The notes under the pieces: generated by a model
The model's input: only the letters and a program-made list of their open reading frames with translations
Told to the model about the DNA's origin: nothing
Databases searched by the model: none
Program-made: the position numbers and the translations under genes
NCBI RefSeq assembly: GCF_963921235.1
Contig: NC_086097.1
Location: forward strand, 170,068,001 to 170,132,000
Length of the DNA stretch: 64,000 nucleotides
Reading direction: 5' to 3'
Source: Mobula hypostoma
Lineage: Eukaryota
In this document: positions 52,981 to 64,000 of the stretch, piece after piece
How positions within the stretch are numbered: the stretch's first letter is position 1
Layout of the letters: every line of letters begins with the position of its first letter

Positions 52981-53945
52981 TATTGACTATAGCTCAGCAT
53001 TTAATACTATCATTCCCACAATCCTGATTGAGAAGTTACAGAACCTGGGTGTCTATACCTCCCTCTGCAATTGGATCCTCGACTTCCTAACCGGAAGACC
53101 ACAATCTGTGTGGATTGGTGATAACATCTCCTCCTCGCTGACACTCAACGTCAGTAAGACGAAAGAGCTGATTATGGATTTCAGGAAGGGTAAGATGAAG
53201 GAACACATACCAATCCTCATAGAGGGATCAGAAATGGAGAGAGTGAGCAGTTTCAAGTTCCTGGGTGTCAGGATCTCTGAGGAACTAACCTGGTCCCAAC
53301 ATATCGATGTAGTTATAAAGAAGGCAAGAGAGCGGCTACACTTTATTAGGAGTTTGAAGACAGTTGGCAACAAATACACTCAAAAATTTTATAGTTGTAC
53401 CACGGAGAGCATTCTGACAGGCTTCATCACTCTCTGGTATGGAGGGGCTACTGCACAGGACCGAAAGAGGCTGCAGAGGGTTGTAAATCTAGTCAGCTCC
53501 ATCTTGGGTACTACCCTACGAAGTACTCAGGGCATCTTTAGGGAGCGGTGTCTCAGAAAGGCAGCGTCCATTATTAAGGACTTCCAGCACCCAGCGCATG
53601 TCCTTTTCTCACTGTTACCATCAGGTAGGAGGTACAGAAGCCTGAAGGCACACACTCAGTGATTCAGGAACAGCTTCTTCCCCTTTGCCATCCGATTCCT
53701 AAATGGCCATTGAATCTTTGGACACTACCTCACTTTTTATTTAATATACAGTATTTCTGTTTTTGCACGGCGTTTTAAATCTATTCAACATACATAATTA
53801 AGTTATTTATTTATTATTATTATTTTTATTTTATTTATTTATTTTTCTCTCTGCTAGATTATGTATTGCACTGAACTGCTGCTGCTAAGTTAACAAATTT
53901 CACGTCACATGCTGGTGATAATAAAGCTGATTCTAATTCTAATTC
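52981..53945 (+). mobile_element. Rex1/Babar-like LINE with internal RT deletion, nested in PLE GIY-YIG
   Basis: [25 protein letters not shown], then directly [13 protein letters not shown]; tail (ttctaa)n. Confidence 0.88.
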
Positions 53946-56627
53946 ATATCCCAATTCCTGTTCTGTCATGTCAGTCCATGACCTCTTCTTCTGCCATGAG
54001 GAAGCCACTCTCAGGTTGGAGGAGAAATGCCTCATATTTTGTTTGGGTAGCCTCCAACCTGATGGTACGAACATCAATTTGTCCAACTTATAGTAATTTT
54101 TCCCTTTCCCCTTTCCTCTTCATATCCCCACTATGGCCTCTTAACGCTTCTGCTGCCTATGACCACCCCCTTGGGCCCCTCCTCCTTCCCTTTTTCCCAT
54201 GATCCAGTCTCCTCTCCAATCAGATTCCGTCATTTCCATCCCTTTGCTTTTTCCACTTATCAGCTCCCAGCTTTTTACCTTATACCCCCTCCCCATCCAC
54301 TTGGCTTCAACTATCACCTTCCAGCTTGTCCTCCTCCCTTCCCCTCACCGATTTATTCTAGCTTCTTCTCCTTTCCTTTCCAGTCCCAATGAAGTGTCTT
54401 GGCCCAAAATGTCGACTCTTTATTTATTGACATAGATGCTGTCAGAACTGTTGAGTTTCTCCAGAATTTTTGTGCATTGCTCTGGATTTCCAGCATCTGC
54501 AGGATCTCTTGTGTTTAGAATCAGAATCAGGATTATTATAATTGTTATATGTTGTGAAATTTGTTGTTTTGCAGCAACAGTACAGTGCAAGACAGAAAAA
54601 TGGTCCCTTCAGTCTGCCGTGTGCCTGCTGACTTTTTTACCTATCTATACTAACTCTGTTTTTCCTAAATTAGGTCTGTATCCTTCTGTACCTTGCCCAA
54701 TTAAGTACCTGTATAAATATCATAGTGTCATAACAGCACCGAAACAAACCCTTTGGTTTGCCTTTACCTCTTTCTCTGGAATTTCATTCCACATAGAAAC
54801 CACACTTCATGTGAAAAAGTTGTTCCTCATGTTCCTATTAAATATTTTCCCTCTCACATTGAACTTATTCCCTTTAGTTGATTCCCCAACCTCGGAAGAA
54901 AGACAGCGTGCATTCATCCTGTTTATGCCTCTCACAATTTTATACACATCTGTAAGTTTGCCTCTCAGTCTCAGACACTCCAAGGAATAAAGAATTAACC
55001 TCTCCAATCTCTCCATCTAAATCAGTCTCTCAAGTCTTGGCAACATCCTTGTAAGTTCTTTTTGCACTCTTTCCTAGATTAATAATAATATACAAATAGT
55101 ATGCATAGTGATTGTGTCTGATTCCACCACCTCCTCTGATTTCACATTGCAGATATCAGCCACTCTGTGCAAAAAAAACTTTCCCCTCAGAACTCGTTTT
55201 AAACTTCCCTTACCTTAAACCAATGCCCTTTTGTTTTTGATGCCTCATGCATGGGAAAAGCATTTTACCCTCTACCTTATCGATGCTTCTTATATATACT
55301 TCCATCAGGTCATCCCTCAGCCTCCTTCGCTCCATGTATCCAATCTCCCCCCATGACTGAAGTCCTCCAATCTAGGCAATATTCTGCATTCTCTTCAGCC
55401 CAATAACATCCTGCCAAGAGTATGGCAATCAGAACTGTGCATTTGGTTGGCAGGTCAATTGCCCATTGGAAATAACTCCCAGTGTGAGTGGGGAACCTGA
55501 TTAAAGTCTAAGTTGACTTTTATTATCAAGTCACTTCACTTGCACCTTTGCTCCAAATATAGCACACTAGCTTGTTCAACTTTTCCTCATACGACATGCT
55601 CTCTAATCTGGACAGCATCTGGTGAATCGCCTTTGCACCTTCTGTAAAGCTTGCACATCCTTCCCGTAATGAGACAACTAGATTTGAACTCAACATGACA
55701 CGTGTGGTTTAACCAAAGCTTTACAGAACTGCAACAATATGCTCCATCTACTACCACCCATTGCCTTTTGGCTCTTGAACTCAATCCTCTGACTAATGAA
55801 GGCAACTCACCATACGTCTTCTTAACCACCCTATCCATTTGCACGGCCACTTGGAGGGATCTATGGATATAGATCCCAAATTCCCTCAGTTTAATCCACA
55901 CTGCTGAGAATCCTGCCACTAACCTTGTACTCTGCCTTCAAATTTGACTTTCTAAAGTGTCTTACTTGGAGTGTTTGGTGTCAAGCCGAACCTCCTTAAC
56001 CTTCTACGAAAGTAAAGATCTGGCATGCCTTCGTTGTGATTGTGTTTATGTGCTGACCCCAAGATGGGTCAACTGATACGTTTTTGCCCAATAATTTACA
56101 GCTACTGACTTTCTCCACCACCAGTCCACTAATGTATTGATGGGAATGTGGAGATGGTAGAAAGGGAATTAGTGCCAAACACATCTAATTTGACAACTAA
56201 TAAAGTAAGTGTTAGTTGGTGTGGACCCAAACTCTATTAAGCTTATTAAACCGATGGAAATACAGCTGAAAAAAAATCAATTACAGGAAGACGAAAGGAT
56301 GGCAAAGTGGTTGTAAATTTAGCATTCCTTTAGAGCTTAGAGTTGTATTTTAGGTGATTCTTTTAGTGTGTACCAGTGGATCACAATTTACATGGTTGAA
56401 AGGATTTCTTATTCTTCACTGGTTCTAGAATATAAAAGTCAAAGTCATGTTTGTTGTCATTTGCACAAATACATTTATGCACAATGCCATAAAAACTTAC
56501 ATGCAGCAACATCACAGGCATAGAGCACCAGAGACAGAACTTCAGCATCTCAATGCCCACAGTTTCTTTCCGCTACAGATGATCAACTAACTGAAGGGAT
56601 TCTCAGCTCATTTTGATTTAGCTTTAT

Positions 56628-57232
56628 AAATGCTGGAGGAACTCATCTGGTCAGGCAGCATCTATGGAGGGGAATGAACAGTCAATGTTGCTGTCTAAGA
56701 CCCATCACCAGGACTGGAAAGAATTAGCCTGAAATGTCGACTGTTTATTCTCTACAGATGCTGCTTGACCTGCTGAGGGTTGAGGGAGGGTGTTAGGAGT
56801 TTGATGTTTCTATCGCTGTTTTTTTTGAGTGAGGGGTTAGGGGTTGGTGTTTGGGGATTGGGGTTTCTGATGTCCTGTCTTAGCTTTTTCCATGTAGGTG
56901 GTCTGTTGGTTTTTGTGTAAGGGAAGGGTTGGAGTGTTTTGGGGTTTAGTGTTCCAGCTGCCGTTTCCGTATGGGCGATGTGTTAGTTTTTTATGTGAAG
57001 GAGGGGTGAGGGGGGATTTGCAAATTTGTTTCTTTTTCCTTTTCATGTGGGTGGGGGGTGGACGGTTGAGTCTTTTCTTTCAACGACTCCTGTGTTTTTT
57101 CATGGCTGTCTGGAGAAGACAAGTATCAGAGTTGTGATGTATGTGTATACTTTGACAATAAAATGAACCTAGGAATTCCTCCAGCATTTTGTGTGTATTG
57201 CTCAAGTTTTCCAGCATCTTCAGAATCTCTTG
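56628..57232. mobile_element. PLE fold-back interrupted by a retroposon 3' end (56778-57170)
   Basis: aatgctggaggaactcatctggtcaggcagcatctatgg...gcctgaaatgtcgactg...; right arm resumes ttcctccagcattttgtgtg at ~57175. Confidence 0.72.
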
Positions 57233-57239
57233 TACTTAT

Positions 57240-57667
57240 TAAATAGGCAAAACAGCTGGTTGATCTTTGCTCTCAGACCTGTGTCCTGCTGCTTTGGTAC
57301 ATTCTTAGGTACAGCCCTGCTGCCTTGAATCTGCCTCGCCTTGATCTGCTGCTTCGAATCATCTCCAAGTCTGCTCCAGTAGCCAAACATTGGCTCGTTT
57401 CCCGCTCTGGGGCCTGGGCTCCGCAGCCTTGAGTTAGCCCGTACATGCCACACTACAACTGACCTGCACCTTCAACATTTCAGTTCACACCACAAAAACG
57501 CCAGGTCATATAGGCGGTTCAAAAGCTCGAATCCAAAAGGGAAGTTACAGGCTATTGATTATAGTGATGGTTTTTGAGAAAAGGTGTGATTAATAAAGAA
57601 ATTAATAGTTGTTTTTGCTGCCAGCAAGTCGTCATTGTTCTTCACCAGCACCATCTTAAACTGGAAG
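57240..57667 (-). mobile_element. 5' portion of a non-autonomous retroposon (same family as 62070-62925)
   Basis: Shares ~140 bp ending caccatcttaaactggaag with 62785-62925. Confidence 0.65.
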
Positions 57668-58109
57668 TACAAACGTATTTCTGATTTGCCGTCAATGTTT
57701 TGAGTATTAAGTGAGAGCATTAAAATGAATAAGGACCTTGGTACATGGAGCTCCACTGGGTTTGAGTTCAGGAGAGGAATAACTGCAGTTGGATGGAACA
57801 CCAGAGTTATACATCTCAGACGGAAAATCATTACCACTCATTGCCCTCTGTCAGAGGCGTTTCAGCTGCTGAAACAACCTCTAATCTTTATAAATCTGCT
57901 GCCGTGATGAAAGCATATTCAGTCATGAGCTGCAATTGTTTGATGAAGTAAGTGACAGCTTACCCGGCAGAGCTGTAAATCACCCGAGAAGCAGGTCGCA
58001 TTCAACGTGACGGAGAAAAGATTCGGGAACTGGAGATGGATGTATGGTTGAATCTCTGCATTGAAAAAAAGGGCTGCGCTGGTGTATCAGATGAACAAAT
58101 GCATTAGGA

Positions 58110-58745
58110 GGAGGTGAAGGACATTCAGTCCTTGAAACTTATGTCAACTTTCTGTGAACATTCTCCCCCCCACCCCACAACCATAAGCCTCCTATCATCC
58201 ATCATCCACAACATAAGTAATTTATCCTTTAGCTTCCCTGCCCCTTCCCTATCTGGTTCTGGTTCGTTTGCCATTCACTTCTCCCCTAATGATTCCCATT
58301 CTTGCCTCCTTTATGTATTAGAGTCCAACACTGGCAGCTCTTTATATTCCTGCTTACCTCCCTCCAGCAAATCTCTCCAACCTTCACTCTCCTCTCCCCA
58401 AAATACTCTCTCTCTCTTTCTCTCTCTCAGCTTCTATCTATCATTTATCTGCCACTGTCTCCCAACTCCACCCTTCCCCTCTCCTACCTGATGTAACCTG
58501 TCTCTCATCCTACACTCCTCCTCTGCCCACCAATCTCTTTGGACTCCTGTCTCACCACTGCCCTCTTCCTCTTTATACTGCCATCTCTACTCTCCCACTC
58601 TCACTCATAAACAGGGTTTAGATCAAAAATGTCAACAATTCCTTCCACTCTGCACTCTCCCTCAGATGCTGGTTCACCCTCTGAGTTCCTCCGTCAGATT
58701 GTTCCTTAATCTGAATTCCAGCATTTGGGTTTCTTGTGCCTCCCA
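58110..58745 (+). mobile_element. Old PLE 3' end (pyrimidine-rich repeat + degenerate HHR)
   Basis: CT-rich tract, then ctcataaacagggtttagatcaaaaatgtcaac...cagatgctg...gagttcctcc. Confidence 0.55.
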
Positions 58746-59829
58746 TTGATGACCTGCTTGTGACCTCAGCTCTGTATTCCCACTTTCCTGTGGTGACCTT
58801 GCAAGCATTTAGTTATTGAGAATCTAGCTACCTCTAAAGATATTCATAGGCATTTTTCCCAACCTATTTTGGATGGCATCTGAAATGCTAGCTCTGTGTT
58901 TCTCTCCATTGATTGACCTATCAAGCGTTTCCAGCATTTCATCATTTGTTTTTATTGTACAAAGGCTTACAAAGCCTTTCAACAAACAATCTTCTGGAGA
59001 AACTCAGCAGGTCAAGCAGCAGGTGGCCGTACCAATGCGATAAATCATTTTTGTACAGTGAGTTTGTGATCAACCTGCTGAGGTAACTTCTGTTGTTTTA
59101 TTGGCTTGTGATCAATGGATAGATCTTTGTTCTGCTAGTAAGCACTATACTGACATTTAGCTAACAGGAAAGAAGCATGCCATCAGTACCGGACTGGAAT
59201 GCCAATCTAGAATTTTATTCCCATCTCCCTGGAGTGAGACTTGAACTCAGAATGCTCTAACTTTCTAATATTTTAAGCAAAACTTGAAACAAAGAGTAAA
59301 TTGTTCACCTGCACTTTCTCCCCACCATCTTGGAATGTCATTTTCTCACAACTACCAGGATGCACAGACATTTGAAGTCCCATACCTTCAGCTCCAGGAA
59401 CAGCTACAATTGGTTGTTGAACCAGCTGGTACAACAATAATCACAACAGCTTAGCAATACTATGACCACTTGTACCACTTTGCACTAAAATAGATTTTTT
59501 GCTCCAATTCTATTATTTCTTGTAAACATTGTGTATAAGTTATGATTAACATTGTTTTTCTACTGACTGCTGCTTTAATGATGCTCTCTGCCTATGATGT
59601 TGCTGACAATAATTTCTACTTTGGCTTTGTAAAGTTATATTCTGTACTTTTTTTTTCTTTTCTTTTACTTCTATGTATTTAGGAATGAAATAATCTTCTG
59701 GGTGTCACGCAATCAGAAGCCCTGATAAACCATGAAATCTGCAATCTACTGAGAGCCACATCAGAGGCATTCAAGTCAGGTGACCAAAAAAGTTGCAAGA
59801 GATCGGGGTACGATCTCCAGAAAGCCACT

Positions 59830-60975
59830 TCACAACTTAGATCCTCTCACGTTTGCCTACCAGAGAACAGGTGCACAGCAGATGCCATCTCATTGGCTGT
59901 TCACCCAGGCCTGGAAGATCTGAACTGCAAAGATGCTCTTTATCGACTACAGCTCAGCATTCAACACCATCATCCTCTCAAATCTAATCAATAAGCTCCA
60001 AGATCTTGGTCTCAAAACTTCATTGTGCAATTGGATCCTTGATTTCCTCATTTGCAGACCCGAGTCAGTTTGGTTAGGCGACAACATCTTCTGCACAATC
60101 TTCATCAGCACAGGTGCACCACAAGACTATGTGCATAGCTCCCTGCTCTGCTTGCTTTACTCTTATTACTGTGTGGTTAAGCACAGCTCCAATGCTATTT
60201 TCAAGTTTGCTGATGACGCCACTGTTGCAGACTGATCAAAGGTGGTGATGAATTAGCATATAGGAAGGAAATCGACCTATGCTGGGCCCAGCATGTAAGT
60301 GCAATTATGAAGAGAGCATACCAGTGCCTCTACATCCTTAGGAGGTTCTGGAGATTCAGCATGGCATCTAAAACTTTGACAGACTCTATAGATGTGTAGT
60401 GGAGAGTATATTGATTGGCTAGTATGGAAAAAGCAATGCCCTTGAAGGAAAAATCCTGCAAAAGTAAGGGGTACAGCTAAGTCCATCACAGATAAAGCCA
60501 ACCCCATCATTGAGCACATTATCATCAGGCACCTCCACCATGCAGGACATGCTCTCTTTTCACTGCTGTCATTAGGAAGGAGTACAGGAGCCTCAGGACT
60601 CACACCCCGAGGTTCAGGAACAGTTACTACCCCTCAACCATCAGGTTCTTCAACCAAAAGGGATAACTTTATTCAACTTCACCTGCCCCAATATTGAAAT
60701 ATTCCCACAACCAATGGACTCATTTTTAAGTACTCTTCATCTCATGTTCTCAATATTTATTGTTTATTTATATATTATTGTTATTTCTTTCTTTTTCTAT
60801 TTGCACAGTTTGCATACTGGTTGAATGCCCAAGTTGGTGCAATCTTTCATTGATCCTGTTATGGTTATTATTCTATAGATTTATTGAGTATACCCATAAG
60901 AAATCAAATCTCAAGTTTGTGTGTGGTGACATATAAATGTACCTTGATAAGAAGTTTACTTTGAACTTTGAACAT
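59830..60975 (+). mobile_element. Rex1/Babar-like LINE RT to 3' end
   Basis: [32 protein letters not shown]; (ctttgaa)n tail. Confidence 0.85.
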
Positions 60976-62069
60976 TGAAACAAAAGGTTTTCATCGAAAC
61001 TTGGTACATGCAACAATAATAAACCAATATCAATTGCCAAATTAAAATTGATTAATTTATTGTCATTTCAGGAAAATGAAAGAAGGGGAAAAAAGAAATT
61101 TGAAAGTCATCACTTAAAATGTAGCATATTGAAAAGTCTTGAACAAATACATTCTGAGGAATCGAGGGTAGTAAGCACCTGGAATTAGGTGCCAGAGGAA
61201 GCAGTCGAGGTGGATTCATTTGTAACATTTAAGAGTCATTTGGATAGATACATGGAGGGGAAGTGCTTGGTGGGTTATGGGTGGGCTAAATGCAGACAAA
61301 CTGGGACTAGCGGGGAGGATGCTGTCATTGGCATGGATCAGTTGGGCTGATGGGCCTGTTTCCATGTTGTTACACTGTGATCCCATATTTGCAGTCGTTA
61401 ATTCTCTGCTTCTGAGGTTGACTGGTGAAGATTAGTACTTTGCAAACAGCTCAATGGATAGGTAAACTTGAGATGATTTGCTAAATTTTTAATACTGAGT
61501 TTTATTTCTAACTATGGTGCAAGTTCAGCAATCTGGCGGTGTGGACAGCATGATGCCATTTCCAATGGTTGAACAACACAACTCAGAGAGTGACTTTTGG
61601 ATATTTGAGCTTAAAGCCCTTACTTGAGGTTACTGCACAATTAAATAATGATAGGATCACTAGAAAGCTAGCTACTTCAGGAAGGACAAGCTAAACCAAT
61701 ATCTCATTCAGGGAAATATCACGAATACATAGACTGAACTACCATTGACCTTTCCTTAATCTTGCCTGCAAGGATAGCGATAATTCATGCTGCTAATAAA
61801 CATTGAAAACATTTGTATGATTGGACACCTGGCTGAATAAATTGCATCACTTGGATCACCAGCCATTGGTTTAACATGTGTAATTGGTGTGAAAGATTAA
61901 TACAAAACAACCATACCCCGAATACACTATTGTAACATACCTAAAACTTTCCAGTTTGGGGTTCGAGAAAGTATTTTATTGGATCCATTGCTCAGTGTGC
62001 AGTCATGGAGATTTGTTTCAAAGCTAACATGAAGAGCAGGGTTTAGTGAGTGAATATTGTTTAAATAAG

Positions 62070-62925
62070 TTCAAAATACATTTATGTATACTACTGTACA
62101 TACCAAGTTGAAATTCATCTCCTTACAGGCAGCCACAAAACAAAGAAACCCAATAGAACCCATTAAGAAAAAAGACTGACATACAGCCAATGTGCAGAAA
62201 AGGCAACGAATTGTGCAAGCAATAAGGGTAAGCAAATAACTTTCAGAACTGAAATTCACAGCCATGAAGCCAGTCACAGCTGATCCAGGAACCCATTAGT
62301 TGCAGGTCACAGTGTCAGTTCAGCGCAAGACGAGCAATCCTTGCGAGTAGCGAGCTGAACACTGGTCTGTCCCTGTCCTCTCTCCGTGACACCTTGACCT
62401 TTTTAATCTGGCCTGGAATTTAAACCGGCCAAACCTTGCTCTCTGACCTGGGCCCTGCTGCTTCAATACGTTCTTGACCCAGGATCCGCCACCTCGATTC
62501 AGCCTATACCTGACTCTTCCAATCTGGCCTGGTGCTTAAATTGGTCAAACATTAGCTTGTTCCTTACTCTCGAGCCCAGGACCTGCCACTTCGCCTCTGC
62601 CTCAGCCGGTTCTTCCACTTCGAGTCACTCCAAGTCCGCTCCAGCAATGTCCAAACGTTGGCTAGTTCCTCGCTCTCAGGCCCAGCCCCGCCACCTTAAT
62701 TTGGTCCATACGTGCCTCGCCACAACTATCGTGCACCTTCTAGACTTCAGCAAAAGTGCCAGGTTGTACAGAGAGTTGTAAAGCTCAGCTCCAAAAGGGA
62801 AGTTACAGTCTATTGATTGCCATGATCATTTTGGAGAAAAGGTGTGAGTAATAAAGGAGTTAGTAGTTTTGTTTGCTGCCAGCAAGTCGTGGCTGTGTTT
62901 CACCAGCACCATCTTCAACTGGAAG
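62070..62925 (-). mobile_element. Non-autonomous retroposon with cttccagttgAAGATGGtg head
   Basis: Head shared with 57667; 3' end similar to 57100-57170; internal repeats (aatctggcctgg, cgccacct). Confidence 0.65.
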
Positions 62926-62929
62926 GCAA

Positions 62930-64000
62930 TGGCCAGTGGATTTTATTTTGCTGTTGATGTATTTGTATGCTTTATTGGCATGTATTTAACCAGCAAAATG
63001 CACGTCTATCACTTCTATATAAATCACAGAAGTCGGTGACCAGTGGTGTTCCGCAGGGATCTGTTTTGGAACACCCTGCTCTTTGTGATTTTTATAAATG
63101 ACTTGGTTGAGGAAATGGAAGGGTGGGTTAGTAAGATTGCAGTTGACATGAAGGTTGGTGGTGTTATGAATAGTATAGAAGATTGTCATAGGTTACAATA
63201 GGACATTGATAGGATGCAGGGCTGGGTTGAGAAGTGGCAGATGGAGTTCAATCCAAAATAAAATGTGACGAGATTTATTTGGAAGCTTGAACTTGAAGGT
63301 GGAATACAGGATTAATTGTAGACTTTTTAATAATATGAATGAACATAGGGATCTTGAGGTTCATGTTCATTGATCTCTCAAAGTTGCAGTGCACATTGAT
63401 AGAGTGGTTAAGAAGGCATATGGCATTTTGGCTTCATTAGTCAAGGGTATAGAGTACAAGAGCCATGAGGTAATGTTGCAGCTCTATAAAACTGGTTACA
63501 CCACACTTGGGATATTGTGTATCATTCTGGTTGTTTCATTATAGGAAGGATATGGAAGCTTTAGAGAGGGTGTGGAGGAGATTTATCAGGATGATACATG
63601 GTTTAGAAAGTATGTCTCATGGGGATAGATAAGGTGAGCTAGGGCTTTTCTCTTTGGAACAAAGGAAGATGAGAGTTGACTTGATAGTGCAAGATGATAC
63701 AAGGCATTAACAGAGTGGATAGCCAGAGGCTTTTTCCCATAGCTGAAGCGGCTAATGCAAGAGGGCATAACTTTAAGGTGACGGAGGAAAGTATAGAGGG
63801 GATGTCAGGGGCAGAGAGGCAGACTTTTGCATAGGGAGTGGAAGGTGCTTGGAGCACACTGCCAGGGGTGTTGATAGAGGTTTGCATTTAAGAGGTTCTT
63901 ATGCAGAAACATGGATGAAAGGAAAGTGGATGGCAATGAGGGAGGGAAGGGTTAGAGTGATGTTGGAATAGGTTAAAGGGTCTGCACAACATCATGGGCT
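62930..64000 (+). mobile_element. Decayed CR1 RT to 3' end
   Basis: SVTSGVPQGSV, gagaagtggcagatggagttcaatcc; 3' cacaacatcatgggct. Confidence 0.85.

Larger units (their letters stand above)
50143..54515. mobile_element. Decayed Penelope-like element with inverted architecture (RT C-half + GIY-YIG + terminal repeat on both strands), two nested inserts
   Basis: Minus arm 50143-51227; plus arm from 51228: LFLHYIDDCIGAA (YIDD 51242-51253), RAPLVLTYHP, degenerate GIY-YIG 52840-52980, C-terminus EATLRLEEKCLIFCLGSLQPDG near 54000-54065, HHR-like 54381-54417. Confidence 0.85.

Overview
Repeat-dense vertebrate genomic DNA. The repeat repertoire (CR1, Rex1/Babar, RTE, L1, V-SINE/Deu-SINE, Penelope, Tigger) points to a cartilaginous fish, probably a ray; this is inference. 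No host protein-coding gene, tRNA, rRNA or CRISPR array is recognisable, so the window looks intronic or intergenic, with only weak exon candidates. It opens with a young, near full-length CR1 LINE (ORF1 zinc-finger/coiled-coil/SGNH esterase; ORF2 APE+RT) whose ORF2 is broken only by a 209-bp palindromic insertion. The most striking recurring structure is a family of Penelope-like element (PLE) fold-back insertions carrying minimal type I hammerhead ribozyme (HHR) motifs (agtc-CTGACGA-agggtctcggcct-GAAA-CGTC-gact). They occur at three scales: 209 bp (2447-2655), 610 bp with an intact HHR core on each strand (15308-15917), and a ~4.4-kb decayed RT/GIY-YIG parent (50143-54515). Several older copies are also present, including a subfamily with an altered core. 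Other items: a Tigger deletion derivative with a ~230-bp internal palindrome, a local 361-bp inverted duplication, three solo LTRs with TSDs, a second CpG-rich PLE family fragment and non-autonomous retroposons with YY1/ETS-type heads. Boundaries of old repeats are approximate (read by eye).
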